NCBI GenBank assembly: GCA_030745695.1
Contig: JASLOB010000001.1
Coordinates: 936 to 64,935 of the forward strand
Source: Candidatus Nanoarchaeia archaeon
Lineage (GTDB): Archaea; Nanobdellota; Nanobdellia; SCGC-AAA011-G17; JACPNG01
Reading direction: 5' to 3'
Length of the DNA stretch: 64,000 bases
In this document: piece after piece, positions 19,724 through 29,025 of the stretch
Numbering within the stretch: the stretch's first letter is position 1
Layout of the letters: each line of letters begins with the position of its first letter
Notes under the pieces: model-generated
The model's database searches: none
What the model was told of the DNA's origin: nothing
Seen by the model: the letters and a program-made list of their open reading frames with translations, nothing else
Translations under genes and position numbers: made by a program

Positions 19724-21628
19724 TTATTTTAATCTTACACTTTCTAAATTTCTAGGAGCTTCAGTCTCAATTTTGTTTATTTTATGTAAAGAACTAGCTA
19801 AATCTAAACATTTAGAACTTTCTCCATGTAATGTTAAAACTCTTCTTGGTTTTGGATCCATATTTTTTATATAGCTTAATAATTGATTTCTAGAACTATG
19901 TCCAGAGAATCCACTAATCATATGTACATCCATTTTTATACTAATTATTTCAGGTTTTTCAGCTGATCCAAAATTTATTTCTCTATCTCCATTAATCACT
20001 CTTCTACCAAAAGTTCCATCTACTTGATAACATGTTAAAATCAAACTATGTTTAGGATTTCCACCTAATTGTCTAAAATATTCTTTAGAAGCCCCACCAT
20101 TCATCATACCAGATGTTGCAAAGATTATGCATGGCTCACCTTTATCAATAATTTGTTGTTGTTCTTTTTGAGATCCAACTTTTTTGAATATATCACTTAA
20201 AAATGGATTTTCATCTCTATGAAAAATATTTCTTTTAACTTTAGGATTAAAAAAATCAGGATAAGTTGTATGAATTGCTGTTACATCCCAAACAATACCT
20301 TGAACATAAATTGGGATCTTTGGAATTAAATTTTCCCTCATAGCTCTCTCTAATATCAACATCATTTCTTGGGATCTTCCTACACCTAAAACTGGCATTA
20401 AAACCTTGCCTTTTCTATCGATTGTTGTTTTAATTGTTTTTAGTAAATACTCTTCACATTCCTTTCTTGTAGGATTCATATCATCTCTACCACCATAAGT
20501 TGCTTCCATAATAATACTTTCAACTCTTGGAAATCTATTAACAGCAGATGCTAATAAATTTGTGTTTTCATATAAAAAGTCCCCAGTATAAACTAAATTA
20601 TGTAATCCATTTCCAATATGCAAATGAGAAATGACACTTCCCAATGTATGTCCTGAATTGTAGAATGTTAATCTAATATCAGGAGTTATATCAGTTACTT
20701 CTTCATAATTCAAACATATTGTATGTTTAACCATATTTTTGACATCTGTACTTGAGTATAAAGAATCTTGAGCTTCTTTTTGAGCAATCCCTACAAAATC
20801 TAGAGCCATTAAAGAAGTTATATCTCTACAAGGTGCTGTACAATAAACAGGGCCTTCATAACCCATCTTATATAAATAAGGAACTAACGCACTATGGTCT
20901 AGATGACTATGAGACAATACAACTGCATCTATATCGTTAATATTAAACTCAGGGGCATCGAAAAATGGAACTGATTCTTGATCATTTATATTTCTACCTG
21001 GATGAATACCACAATCTAATAACACTCTTGATTCAGGAGTTTGTAATAATAAACAACTTCTACCAACTTGTCTTCCTGCTCCTAAATAAGTAATCCTTAC
21101 CCATTCATGCTTTTTATCTTTAGTCCATCCACCATAAATTCTTTTACCAATTTTATGGAGAAATTTTCTTCTAAAATCACTATTCTCATAAAGAACATGT
21201 CTTATATTTTCTATTAATTTTGATTTAATTGCAGGAGTTCTTTGAATAAATGGCACCCATAAAGTTTGTTTCTTAACCTCTTTTAATAATTCTCCTTGTT
21301 TTCCAATAGCTAACCCAGGTTTTTCTGCTTCTATTATCACTCTTGATCTTTGAGAATCAAAGATAATATTAGCTATTCCTGCATCTTTTGGAAGTATAGA
21401 TTCAATAACTTCTTTTGCTTTTTCTGGATCTAAACAAATACTTGGATCAGGTCTTAACTCAACTCTTTTTTTGATATCATCTACTATCTTCTTTATTACT
21501 CCATTACTATCAAAAAAGAAATCTTTATTTTTTGTATAGATAACTATGTTAGCTCCTTCAAAAACAGTATCGCTTATGTTAGCGTTATCTGGAATATACT
21601 TTAATATCTCTTGTAATATATCTGCCAT
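19724..21628 (-). CDS. archaeal CPSF1-type beta-CASP ribonuclease (KH domains + metallo-beta-lactamase + beta-CASP)
   Basis: The MBL motif HSHLDHS is present, the length is 634 aa, and the N-terminus is KH-like. Confidence 0.85.
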   Translation of the reverse strand: MADILQEILKYIPDNANISDTVFEGANIVIYTKNKDFFFDSNGVIKKIVDDIKKRVELRPDPSICLDPEKAKEVIESILPKDAGIANIIFDSQRSRVIIEAEKPGLAIGKQGELLKEVKKQTLWVPFIQRTPAIKSKLIENIRHVLYENSDFRRKFLHKIGKRIYGGWTKDKKHEWVRITYLGAGRQVGRSCLLLQTPESRVLLDCGIHPGRNINDQESVPFFDAPEFNINDIDAVVLSHSHLDHSALVPYLYKMGYEGPVYCTAPCRDITSLMALDFVGIAQKEAQDSLYSSTDVKNMVKHTICLNYEEVTDITPDIRLTFYNSGHTLGSVISHLHIGNGLHNLVYTGDFLYENTNLLASAVNRFPRVESIIMEATYGGRDDMNPTRKECEEYLLKTIKTTIDRKGKVLMPVLGVGRSQEMMLILERAMRENLIPKIPIYVQGIVWDVTAIHTTYPDFFNPKVKRNIFHRDENPFLSDIFKKVGSQKEQQQIIDKGEPCIIFATSGMMNGGASKEYFRQLGGNPKHSLILTCYQVDGTFGRRVINGDREINFGSAEKPEIISIKMDVHMISGFSGHSSRNQLLSYIKNMDPKPRRVLTLHGESSKCLDLASSLHKINKIETEAPRNLESVRLK

Positions 21629-21652
21629 TTTTCTTAATCTTGAGAATTACTT

Positions 21653-22342
21653 CTACATTGAGATGCTCATATTAACTTCTTTTGCTAAAACTTTTTTTAC
21701 TCCGTCTTTTGTTATGGTATAAACATCTATTCCATTTCCTGATGCTGTATCTCTTTGTATGGATGCACTAATAGATTTAACAGCTAGTTTAACACCTTCA
21801 TTAATTGAAATATCTTTTTTATAATTAGCTTCTAGAACTCCCATTGCATACATCATACCTGAACCATCTGTTACATAATCATCATGCATCAATATACTTC
21901 CATCTGGACCTAATTCATATAGGTATGTTCCTTCTTCATCTTTTCCACCTAAAAGAAAAGCAACAATTCCTGGAAAAAATTGTCTAATGTGAGAATATAA
22001 TAAAGAACCTGTCATATTTGCAACTTCTTTTACTTTTAATTTTTTATTTCTTCTAAGTTCTATTAATCTAATTTGTGCTTTTATTATTTTAGTTAATAAT
22101 TGAATATCTGACACTGAACCTGCCCATGTTACTGCCATTTCATTATTTAATTTAGCTATCTTTTGTGTTTTTTTATGAGCGACTATCCTTCCACCTAATG
22201 TAGCTCTTCTATCTGCAGCTAGCACTACTCCTTCTTTACACACCATTCCTAATGTTGTTGTTCCAGACTGTAATGTTTCTTTTGTCATGTTATCAGAACC
22301 AGTTATTCTAACTGGATTTAATATGTTTATAAATCTTTCCAT
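21653..22342 (-). CDS. psmB: proteasome subunit beta
   Basis: A propeptide is followed by the TTTLGMVCKEGVVLAADRR active-site region. Confidence 0.85.
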   Translation of the reverse strand: MERFINILNPVRITGSDNMTKETLQSGTTTLGMVCKEGVVLAADRRATLGGRIVAHKKTQKIAKLNNEMAVTWAGSVSDIQLLTKIIKAQIRLIELRRNKKLKVKEVANMTGSLLYSHIRQFFPGIVAFLLGGKDEEGTYLYELGPDGSILMHDDYVTDGSGMMYAMGVLEANYKKDISINEGVKLAVKSISASIQRDTASGNGIDVYTITKDGVKKVLAKEVNMSISM

Positions 22343-22358
22343 TCATTCAAATTTAAAA

Positions 22359-22811
22359 TTAAGATAAAGTAAAATAATGTTTTGTAAAATCCCTTATTTC
22401 ATAATCAAATAATTTAATGTAATAAACTCCTTCTTCCCAACTTGGCCATGTTTTATATCTCTCTGAGACTTTTGTTCTACAATTAAAACTGCTACATTGC
22501 ATATATGCTCTTATATGACATCTATCTCCATCATCACATATCCTATATTTTTTGTTTACTCCAAATTTACTTGGTGTAATCTCAAACTCAACATATGATC
22601 CTGGAGTTAAAACTTCTTTAGCAAATATAACTTTTGTTGAAGGTTTTTTTTCTTTAACAACTGTTCCAGTAATACTTCCAAAATTTGCAATAACTAATGC
22701 AATCGCTAATATAACAAGAATTGCTAAAACTAATGTTTTAGTTTCATTATTCAAAGTAGGTACCTTTTTTAACAACTTTTTTTCTAGGCATACTATTACC
22801 ATCAAATTCAA
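22359..22811 (-). CDS. hypothetical membrane-anchored protein with a Cys-rich C-terminus (150 aa)
   Basis: One TM segment, then CDDGDRCH...CSSFNC. Confidence 0.4.
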   Translation of the reverse strand: MNLMVIVCLEKKLLKKVPTLNNETKTLVLAILVILAIALVIANFGSITGTVVKEKKPSTKVIFAKEVLTPGSYVEFEITPSKFGVNKKYRICDDGDRCHIRAYMQCSSFNCRTKVSERYKTWPSWEEGVYYIKLFDYEIRDFTKHYFTLS

Positions 22812-24020
22812 CTATTTAAACTTTACTAATTTAACCATATCCTTAATATGTTTATCATTTTTTATTAAATATTTAATAAATTTCTCAGGATCAATAAACT
22901 TTCTTTTTATGATTACATAAGCATACTTATTTTTTATTTTATAATTTTTCCATTTTTTTCTGAAATTTTCTATAGCTACTATATTTTTTATTGGTGGACC
23001 TTTATGCTCTTTATTTTTTGATAATGATTTTTTGTCTAAGATATAATAAAAAATAGCTTTTTCATTCCATGCCCAATCATATTTTGATAATTTAAAGTCA
23101 TTTGATTTTAGTTTCATGGCAATATAATTTAAAGTTTTTAGGAGTTTTGCTCCAACAACATCTTTTTTTCCTTTTAATGGATCTACTTCTAAAATTACAA
23201 GTTTTTTATTTTTATATTTATTTTTTAATAAATCTAAACTAAATTCTTTTTTTTCAAAATGTTTGATGGAAGGTTTTTTGATATAAGATTTAGATGCTTT
23301 TATTAATTTGTTATAATTTTCAATATTTAAAGCAGATGCAGCATTTCTATTTGGATCTACAGGATCTATTAAGATTAATGGAGATTCTTTTTTTGATTTA
23401 TTCAATTTTTTGATTAGATCTTTATTTCCAATATATTGTTTATCTTTCCACTTAGAAACATTTTTTATAAAACTATTAAAATTGCCATACTTAACAGTTA
23501 ATATCTCTAGGACATATCCAGAAAAACCTCTAATATAACTTTCAGCCCCATAACAATCTTGTGCTTTACAAAATGATTTAACTAATCTTATTTGATCTCC
23601 TTTTTTATGTTTTTTAACAAATTTAACATGAAAAGGACTTATGTCTGTTATATTTTTAGCTTCACTTACTTTTTTTATATTTAATATAGGAATAACCTCA
23701 ATTGTAAATCCTTTTTGTTTTAATTGAAAATAATCCCTACTTCCATGTAATCTAATAATTTTAAAATTATTTTTTAATGATTTTTCTAATATTGAAGAGA
23801 TATCTTTATTATTATAATTCTTAAAATCGAATTTAACATAGACATCAATATCATTTGTATTACTTAACCATGTATCTTTAGCTCCAGATCCCCCTAATTC
23901 TACTTTAGCTTTACTTATTTTAATCTTGTTAACAATATTATCTAAGATAATATTAACTTTAGAAATTTCTTCTTTAGATGGTTTTATTTTTTTTAATACT
24001 TCATCAAGCAATTTATTCAT
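22812..24020 (-). CDS. cca: CCA-adding enzyme (class I archaeal tRNA nucleotidyltransferase)
   Basis: The class I motif GGSGAKDTWL...DIDVYV is present; length is 402 aa. Confidence 0.8.
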   Translation of the reverse strand: MNKLLDEVLKKIKPSKEEISKVNIILDNIVNKIKISKAKVELGGSGAKDTWLSNTNDIDVYVKFDFKNYNNKDISSILEKSLKNNFKIIRLHGSRDYFQLKQKGFTIEVIPILNIKKVSEAKNITDISPFHVKFVKKHKKGDQIRLVKSFCKAQDCYGAESYIRGFSGYVLEILTVKYGNFNSFIKNVSKWKDKQYIGNKDLIKKLNKSKKESPLILIDPVDPNRNAASALNIENYNKLIKASKSYIKKPSIKHFEKKEFSLDLLKNKYKNKKLVILEVDPLKGKKDVVGAKLLKTLNYIAMKLKSNDFKLSKYDWAWNEKAIFYYILDKKSLSKNKEHKGPPIKNIVAIENFRKKWKNYKIKNKYAYVIIKRKFIDPEKFIKYLIKNDKHIKDMVKLVKFK

Positions 24021-24077
24021 AATAGAATCGAAACATTAATAAGAATAAATAGGTTTCTATATCAAAAAAGAGGTAAT

Positions 24078-25277
24078 ATGACATCACAACTAACAACTCT
24101 ATCTTTATTATCATTTATTATATTAGCAGGGATAATCATAACATTGATAGCTAATAAAATAAAAATTCCTTCTTTATTATTACTAATACTAACTGGATTA
24201 GGGTTGGGATTTACTAATTTATTTACTTTTGATCAAGATTTTATTACAAGCTTCGCAATTTTTGCATTAATAATGATTTTATTTGATTCAACATCTCAAT
24301 TTAAAGTTAAAGAAATATATCAATTTTCTCCTCCAGCATTAAAATTGGCATTTACTTTTTTATTACTTAGCATGATAATCATTACATTGGGTGCCCATGT
24401 ATTATTTGCTAAGGTTATCTTTAGTGTTAGATCTTTAGTCATAAGTGCTATATTTGGGGCATTGATGGCAGGAACATCTCCTGAAATAATATTATCTATA
24501 TTTAAGGATAAAAAAGAAAAAATAGCAGAAATTTTACGATTTGAGTCTATAATTAACACTCCTTTAACTGTGTTAATTCCATTTATTGCTCTAGATTTTT
24601 ATTTTGGAGTATTAAGTGCTAATGTTTTAGCTGTAAAATTCTTACAAGGAATCATGACAGGAGTAGGAACAGGATTTTTGATTGGAATAATAGTTTTTTC
24701 TTTAATGAAAAAAACTTATCAAGAATTATTATCTCCTTTAGTTGTTATTGCTACAGCATTATTAACTTATACCTTATCAGAAAATATTGGAGGAAATGGA
24801 ATATTAGCTGTAACTACATTTGGAATAGTTTTTGGAGTTATAAGTGTAAGAAATAAAGATCAAATACAACATTTTTCTTCAATATTTACAAATTTCTTAA
24901 AGATAATTGTGTTTATTTTATTAGGGTTAGTAATAAAGATCCCATTGGATGTTAATTTTTTAATTAAATCTTTAATATTATTCTTATTATATCTCTTAGT
25001 AAGATATTTAGCTGTAAGTATTGTTTTTTATAGTGTTAATATAAAACTTAAAGAAAAGATATTCATGACATTAAACTCTGCTAAAGGTGTTGCTGTTGCT
25101 ACAATGATTTTTTTCTTAGGTTCTTATAGTATCCAAGGATTAGATAAAGTAATAAATTTATCCTTCTTATTTTTATTGTATACAATAATCTTATCCTCAA
25201 TAACAGCTAGATTTTCTCATAAATTTGTTGTATTTAGAAAAAATGTTTTGAAGAAAAAAGATTTGAGTAAAGGATAA
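24078..25277 (+). CDS. polytopic membrane transporter-like protein (possible cation/proton antiporter family)
   Basis: About 11-12 hydrophobic segments; the family assignment is weak. Confidence 0.4.
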   Translation: MTSQLTTLSLLSFIILAGIIITLIANKIKIPSLLLLILTGLGLGFTNLFTFDQDFITSFAIFALIMILFDSTSQFKVKEIYQFSPPALKLAFTFLLLSMIIITLGAHVLFAKVIFSVRSLVISAIFGALMAGTSPEIILSIFKDKKEKIAEILRFESIINTPLTVLIPFIALDFYFGVLSANVLAVKFLQGIMTGVGTGFLIGIIVFSLMKKTYQELLSPLVVIATALLTYTLSENIGGNGILAVTTFGIVFGVISVRNKDQIQHFSSIFTNFLKIIVFILLGLVIKIPLDVNFLIKSLILFLLYLLVRYLAVSIVFYSVNIKLKEKIFMTLNSAKGVAVATMIFFLGSYSIQGLDKVINLSFLFLLYTIILSSITARFSHKFVVFRKNVLKKKDLSKG

Positions 25278-26168
25278 TTATTCTTTAGTTATTTTAGCAA
25301 CAAAAAATCCTTCTGTATCATTATCTTGAGGCCAAATCCTTAAACATTTTTTAATTTCTTCATTATACTTTTTATTTTCAAATTCTAATATAGCAGGACT
25401 TCTTTTGATATCTAAATTAATTTTTTCAAGTTTAGCATCATCATACTTTTCTAATAAAGAATTTATCACACCTTCATTTTCTTCAGGTTCTAAAGTACAA
25501 GTAGAATAAACTAAAGTTCCTTTTTGTTTTAGAATATTAAATGCAGTAAATAATAATTGTCTTTGTATTCCTGCTATCCTCTTAATAGCATTTGGATTCC
25601 ATATTAATGGAGTATTAGGAGATTTTCTTATAGTTCCTATTCCAGAACAAGGAGCATCAACTAAAATTTTGTCAAATTCTTGTTTGAAGAACCTTCCTTC
25701 CATTTTAGTCATTATTACATTAGAAACTCCACATCTTTGTAGGTTGATAGATAATGGTTTTAATCTATTAATATTGATATCATTAGCTACAATCAATCCT
25801 TTATTTTTCATTAATGAAGATAATTGTGTTGTTTTTGAACCTGGAGAAGCACACATATCTAAAACAATTTCATCCTTAGGATCTAAGACTATAGGAGGGA
25901 TCATAGAAGCAGCTTCTTGTAAATAAATATAACCTAAAAAATGTTCTAATGTATTTCCAATAACTTGTCCTTTTAACCAAAACCCTTCTTTACACCAAGG
26001 AATTTTCTCTAAATTGTGATCTTTAAATCTAGATTTAATTTCTTTTACATTAGTTTTTAATGTATTAACTCTTAGAGATTTTCTTAAAGGTTTGGAAGAG
26101 ATATCTACAAATTCATCTAGATCTGTTAGTTTTTCATATCTATCTAAAAATTTTTGTTTCCATTCCAT
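25278..26168 (-). CDS. NOL1/NOP2/Sun-family RNA cytosine-C5 methyltransferase
   Basis: The SAM site DMCASPGSKT and the catalytic DAPCSGIG motif are both present. Confidence 0.8.
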   Translation of the reverse strand: MEWKQKFLDRYEKLTDLDEFVDISSKPLRKSLRVNTLKTNVKEIKSRFKDHNLEKIPWCKEGFWLKGQVIGNTLEHFLGYIYLQEAASMIPPIVLDPKDEIVLDMCASPGSKTTQLSSLMKNKGLIVANDININRLKPLSINLQRCGVSNVIMTKMEGRFFKQEFDKILVDAPCSGIGTIRKSPNTPLIWNPNAIKRIAGIQRQLLFTAFNILKQKGTLVYSTCTLEPEENEGVINSLLEKYDDAKLEKINLDIKRSPAILEFENKKYNEEIKKCLRIWPQDNDTEGFFVAKITKE

Positions 26169-26217
26169 ATTCCATTAAACAGATAAAGATTTAAATAATT
26201 TATGAATAATAATGTAG

Positions 26218-27186
26218 ATGAAGTCTGAATTTAACAGAGGATACACAGTTTATAAAGATGGGAAAAAAGAGCCATTTATAGTTGCTCCACATTCTGGACC
26301 AGCATTAGATGTTGTAACTTCTAGAGATGATCATTCTGAGACAGTAGCTAGTTTATGTTGGAAAAGACTAGGTGGGAGGTTGATTGTTAGTAGTATGCCA
26401 AGAGAAAGGTTATGGGGAATTGATTTTAATAGGGATATTCCAAAACTAAAAGACGCTTTAGATCATTTTAACATTTTTTTGAATAAAGAAGATGTTAATA
26501 AAAGATATTCATATATGAAAAAATATGGATGGGTAGCTAAAGATGAAAATGATTATGAAAAAAGATTAAAAATTTATCAAAGTTTTTGGGATGATGTTAG
26601 TAAAGGAGAATGTATAATCATAGTCCATAAAGCTTTTCCTAAAGTAAAATTTATTCCTAGTATAATGGATATCACAACATTTAGTGGAGAAAAAATAAAA
26701 AATAAATTAGTCAAAGAGATTGTTGAAGAGATAAATGGAAAATATTATTATTTTTTAGATAAAATTACAGATGATTATAAAGATGCTATAATCTATGAAT
26801 CAAAAAGAATGATATTAAACATATTAAGGATATATAAAACATTAAACTATGATAAAATTGGAGCCATATTTAGAGATAGTTTAAAAAAAGATTTAGAAAA
26901 AATTAATTTTTATGGAGACAAAATAGCTAAAAGAAGAATTAATGATAATTTAACTCCACATAATTATTTAGAGGGAGTAAAAAATGCATTAGAAAATATG
27001 CCTACCCCACAAGTAACTTTTGAAAATGCTTTTTTTGGAGATACTTCATTTGGTCCTAAAAGAAAATTATCTCCTTTAAAAAATAAAACAATAATACAAG
27101 TTGAAGGATCTGGATTTTTGAACTTTTGGCACCCACATATAGCTGCTGAAATGATTAAAGATATTTATGAAATGTTAAAAGAATAA
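26218..27186 (+). CDS. hypothetical protein (322 aa)
   Basis: ORF only. Confidence 0.4.
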   Translation: MKSEFNRGYTVYKDGKKEPFIVAPHSGPALDVVTSRDDHSETVASLCWKRLGGRLIVSSMPRERLWGIDFNRDIPKLKDALDHFNIFLNKEDVNKRYSYMKKYGWVAKDENDYEKRLKIYQSFWDDVSKGECIIIVHKAFPKVKFIPSIMDITTFSGEKIKNKLVKEIVEEINGKYYYFLDKITDDYKDAIIYESKRMILNILRIYKTLNYDKIGAIFRDSLKKDLEKINFYGDKIAKRRINDNLTPHNYLEGVKNALENMPTPQVTFENAFFGDTSFGPKRKLSPLKNKTIIQVEGSGFLNFWHPHIAAEMIKDIYEMLKE

Positions 27187-27187
27187 A

Positions 27188-27260
27188 TGCGATGGCCGGG
27201 ATTTGAACCCGGGTCACAACGTTGGCAACGTCATATTCTAGGCCACTAAACTACCATCGC
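27188..27260 (-). tRNA. tRNA-Gly(GCC)
   Basis: A hand-folded cloverleaf works. The acceptor is gcgatgg/ccatcgc, the anticodon loop ttGCCaa, and the T-loop ttcaaat. Confidence 0.8.
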
Positions 27261-27313
27261 TTAATGCTAGTTTCATCGAAAATTATTTAAATATATTCTT
27301 ATTTTAATTTATT

Positions 27314-27733
27314 ATGTTTAATAGATCCTCTAGAAACTGTGAAAACTATCTTTACTTTGTATTTAGAGTGGTAATTGGATTAATGTTCATGCAACATAGT
27401 ATACAAAAACTTTTTGGAATGTTGGGTGGAAATTCTGTAGAGTTGTTTAGTTTATTTTGGTTTGCTGGAATAATTGAATTTTTTGGAGGGTTATCAATAG
27501 CTTTAGGATTGTTTACAAAAATAGTTGCATCAATTGCTGCTTTAGAAATGCTAGTAGCTTACTTTTATGCCCATGTTGGAATTTTAGATATTTTTACAAA
27601 AAAACTTCAATATATCCCAATATTAAATGGAGGAGAGCTAGCTTTACTTTATTTTGCTGCATTTTTAGTTTTAGCAATATACGGAGCTAAGAAATGGTCT
27701 TTAGATATAATATTATCTAAAAGAAATTTTTAA
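27314..27733 (+). CDS. DoxX-family membrane protein
   Basis: MFMQHSIQKLFG...FFGGLSIALGLF is DoxX-like. Confidence 0.6.
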   Translation: MFNRSSRNCENYLYFVFRVVIGLMFMQHSIQKLFGMLGGNSVELFSLFWFAGIIEFFGGLSIALGLFTKIVASIAALEMLVAYFYAHVGILDIFTKKLQYIPILNGGELALLYFAAFLVLAIYGAKKWSLDIILSKRNF

Positions 27734-28644
27734 ATATTTAATTCTCTTTTTATTATAAATCTAGAACTTACAACTCCTGATCCAAGATTTGCTTGAATTC
27801 TAAATTCGTTATATCTTACATTTAATATTGGATTGCTAGAATTTATTTCTGTATTTGTTTTTTCTGCAAATTTATTGATTAAAGAATTTAATCCTTCATT
27901 ATTACTAAATATAACATTAGTTTCCATTCTTTCATTTTGATAATCAACTAATATAGGTTTGTTTACCCCTTCACAAATGATAGAATTTAAGTTATGATCA
28001 TGAAATAAAGGATCAATTTTACTAAAATTATCTAAATCTCTATATAGATAATATTTGACATCTTGTAAAACTTCTTCTTTATACCCCATTTTTGTTTTTC
28101 TAGAAGCTTTTTTTATTCTTTTTAGAATTAGTTTATCATCCTTCAATACTTCTTTATCTTTCTTATATTTTTTGATGATGTATTCTTTTACTAACTTTAA
28201 CATATTCATATTTATTGAAGGTTCTATTAATTTATAGTGATACTTTCCTATCTCTTTAGATATAACAGCTCTGGCTAATACTTTTTTATCAGAAAGTAAT
28301 AAAGTATAAGAAGATTCTAAACTTTTTTCTGGGGTTTTAATTGGAGTTGGAGTTTTTAATGTTGGTTCATTTCTAATATCAGGAATTTGTTGTTTTATTG
28401 TTTGATGGGCTATAGGTCTTATTAATCTTTGAACTTTTTCAGTTGAAATTGCTTTTTGTCTTAGTTTTTCTTCACTTTTTTGATGCAGGGTTTTATATCC
28501 TAAAAATAATGCCCTTAGAAATCTTTCTCCAATTTTAGCCTCTTTTTCTTTAGCTACATTCTTATGAAGCAACCCGACTATATCATTTAACTCATCAGAA
28601 TCTGCTTTATGAGGAAAATCTTCTCTTATGAATTTAAGATCCAT
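27730..28644 (-). CDS. FlaI/ArlI (GspE/VirB11-like) secretion ATPase N-terminal domain only, truncated before Walker A
   Basis: YYLYRDLDNFSKIDPLFHD..ICEGVNKPILVDY...TNVIFSNNEGLNSLINKFAEKT...RIQANLGSGVVSSRFIIKRE matches the FlaI N-terminal region through to the IRKF-equivalent. The ORF stops where the ATPase core should begin, and the next gene is convergent. Confidence 0.55.
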   Translation of the reverse strand: MDLKFIREDFPHKADSDELNDIVGLLHKNVAKEKEAKIGERFLRALFLGYKTLHQKSEEKLRQKAISTEKVQRLIRPIAHQTIKQQIPDIRNEPTLKTPTPIKTPEKSLESSYTLLLSDKKVLARAVISKEIGKYHYKLIEPSINMNMLKLVKEYIIKKYKKDKEVLKDDKLILKRIKKASRKTKMGYKEEVLQDVKYYLYRDLDNFSKIDPLFHDHNLNSIICEGVNKPILVDYQNERMETNVIFSNNEGLNSLINKFAEKTNTEINSSNPILNVRYNEFRIQANLGSGVVSSRFIIKRELNI

Positions 28645-28645
28645 T

Positions 28646-28984
28646 TTAGAATCCTTCTTTATGTAATGGCTTTGGTGGTGGGAAATTACTCATACCTGTT
28701 TTTTCTTTTACATATCTTTCTAATAAAATTAAACCTCTTGCTATATTCTTATTTTGTTCTAACAACTCTTCTAGTCTTTTTGCAATTGGTTCATCTAATC
28801 CAGATTTAATATGTTTAGATGCTTCTTCAAACACACTAACCATATCATCTAATCTTTTAACAAGTTTATTTACAACCAATAATAATTCTACAGTTTTATC
28901 TTGTAATGCTACACTACTACTTACTAATTGTTTTGATACACTATCAGAAGTTTTGGTTGTCTTTTTTTCTCCTTTTTTTGGCAT
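28646..28984 (-). CDS. hypothetical protein (112 aa)
   Basis: ORF only. Confidence 0.4.
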   Translation of the reverse strand: MPKKGEKKTTKTSDSVSKQLVSSSVALQDKTVELLLVVNKLVKRLDDMVSVFEEASKHIKSGLDEPIAKRLEELLEQNKNIARGLILLERYVKEKTGMSNFPPPKPLHKEGF

Positions 28985-29025
28985 AATATAAAAGGATTAT
29001 TCTAATATAAAAATGTTGCTATATC

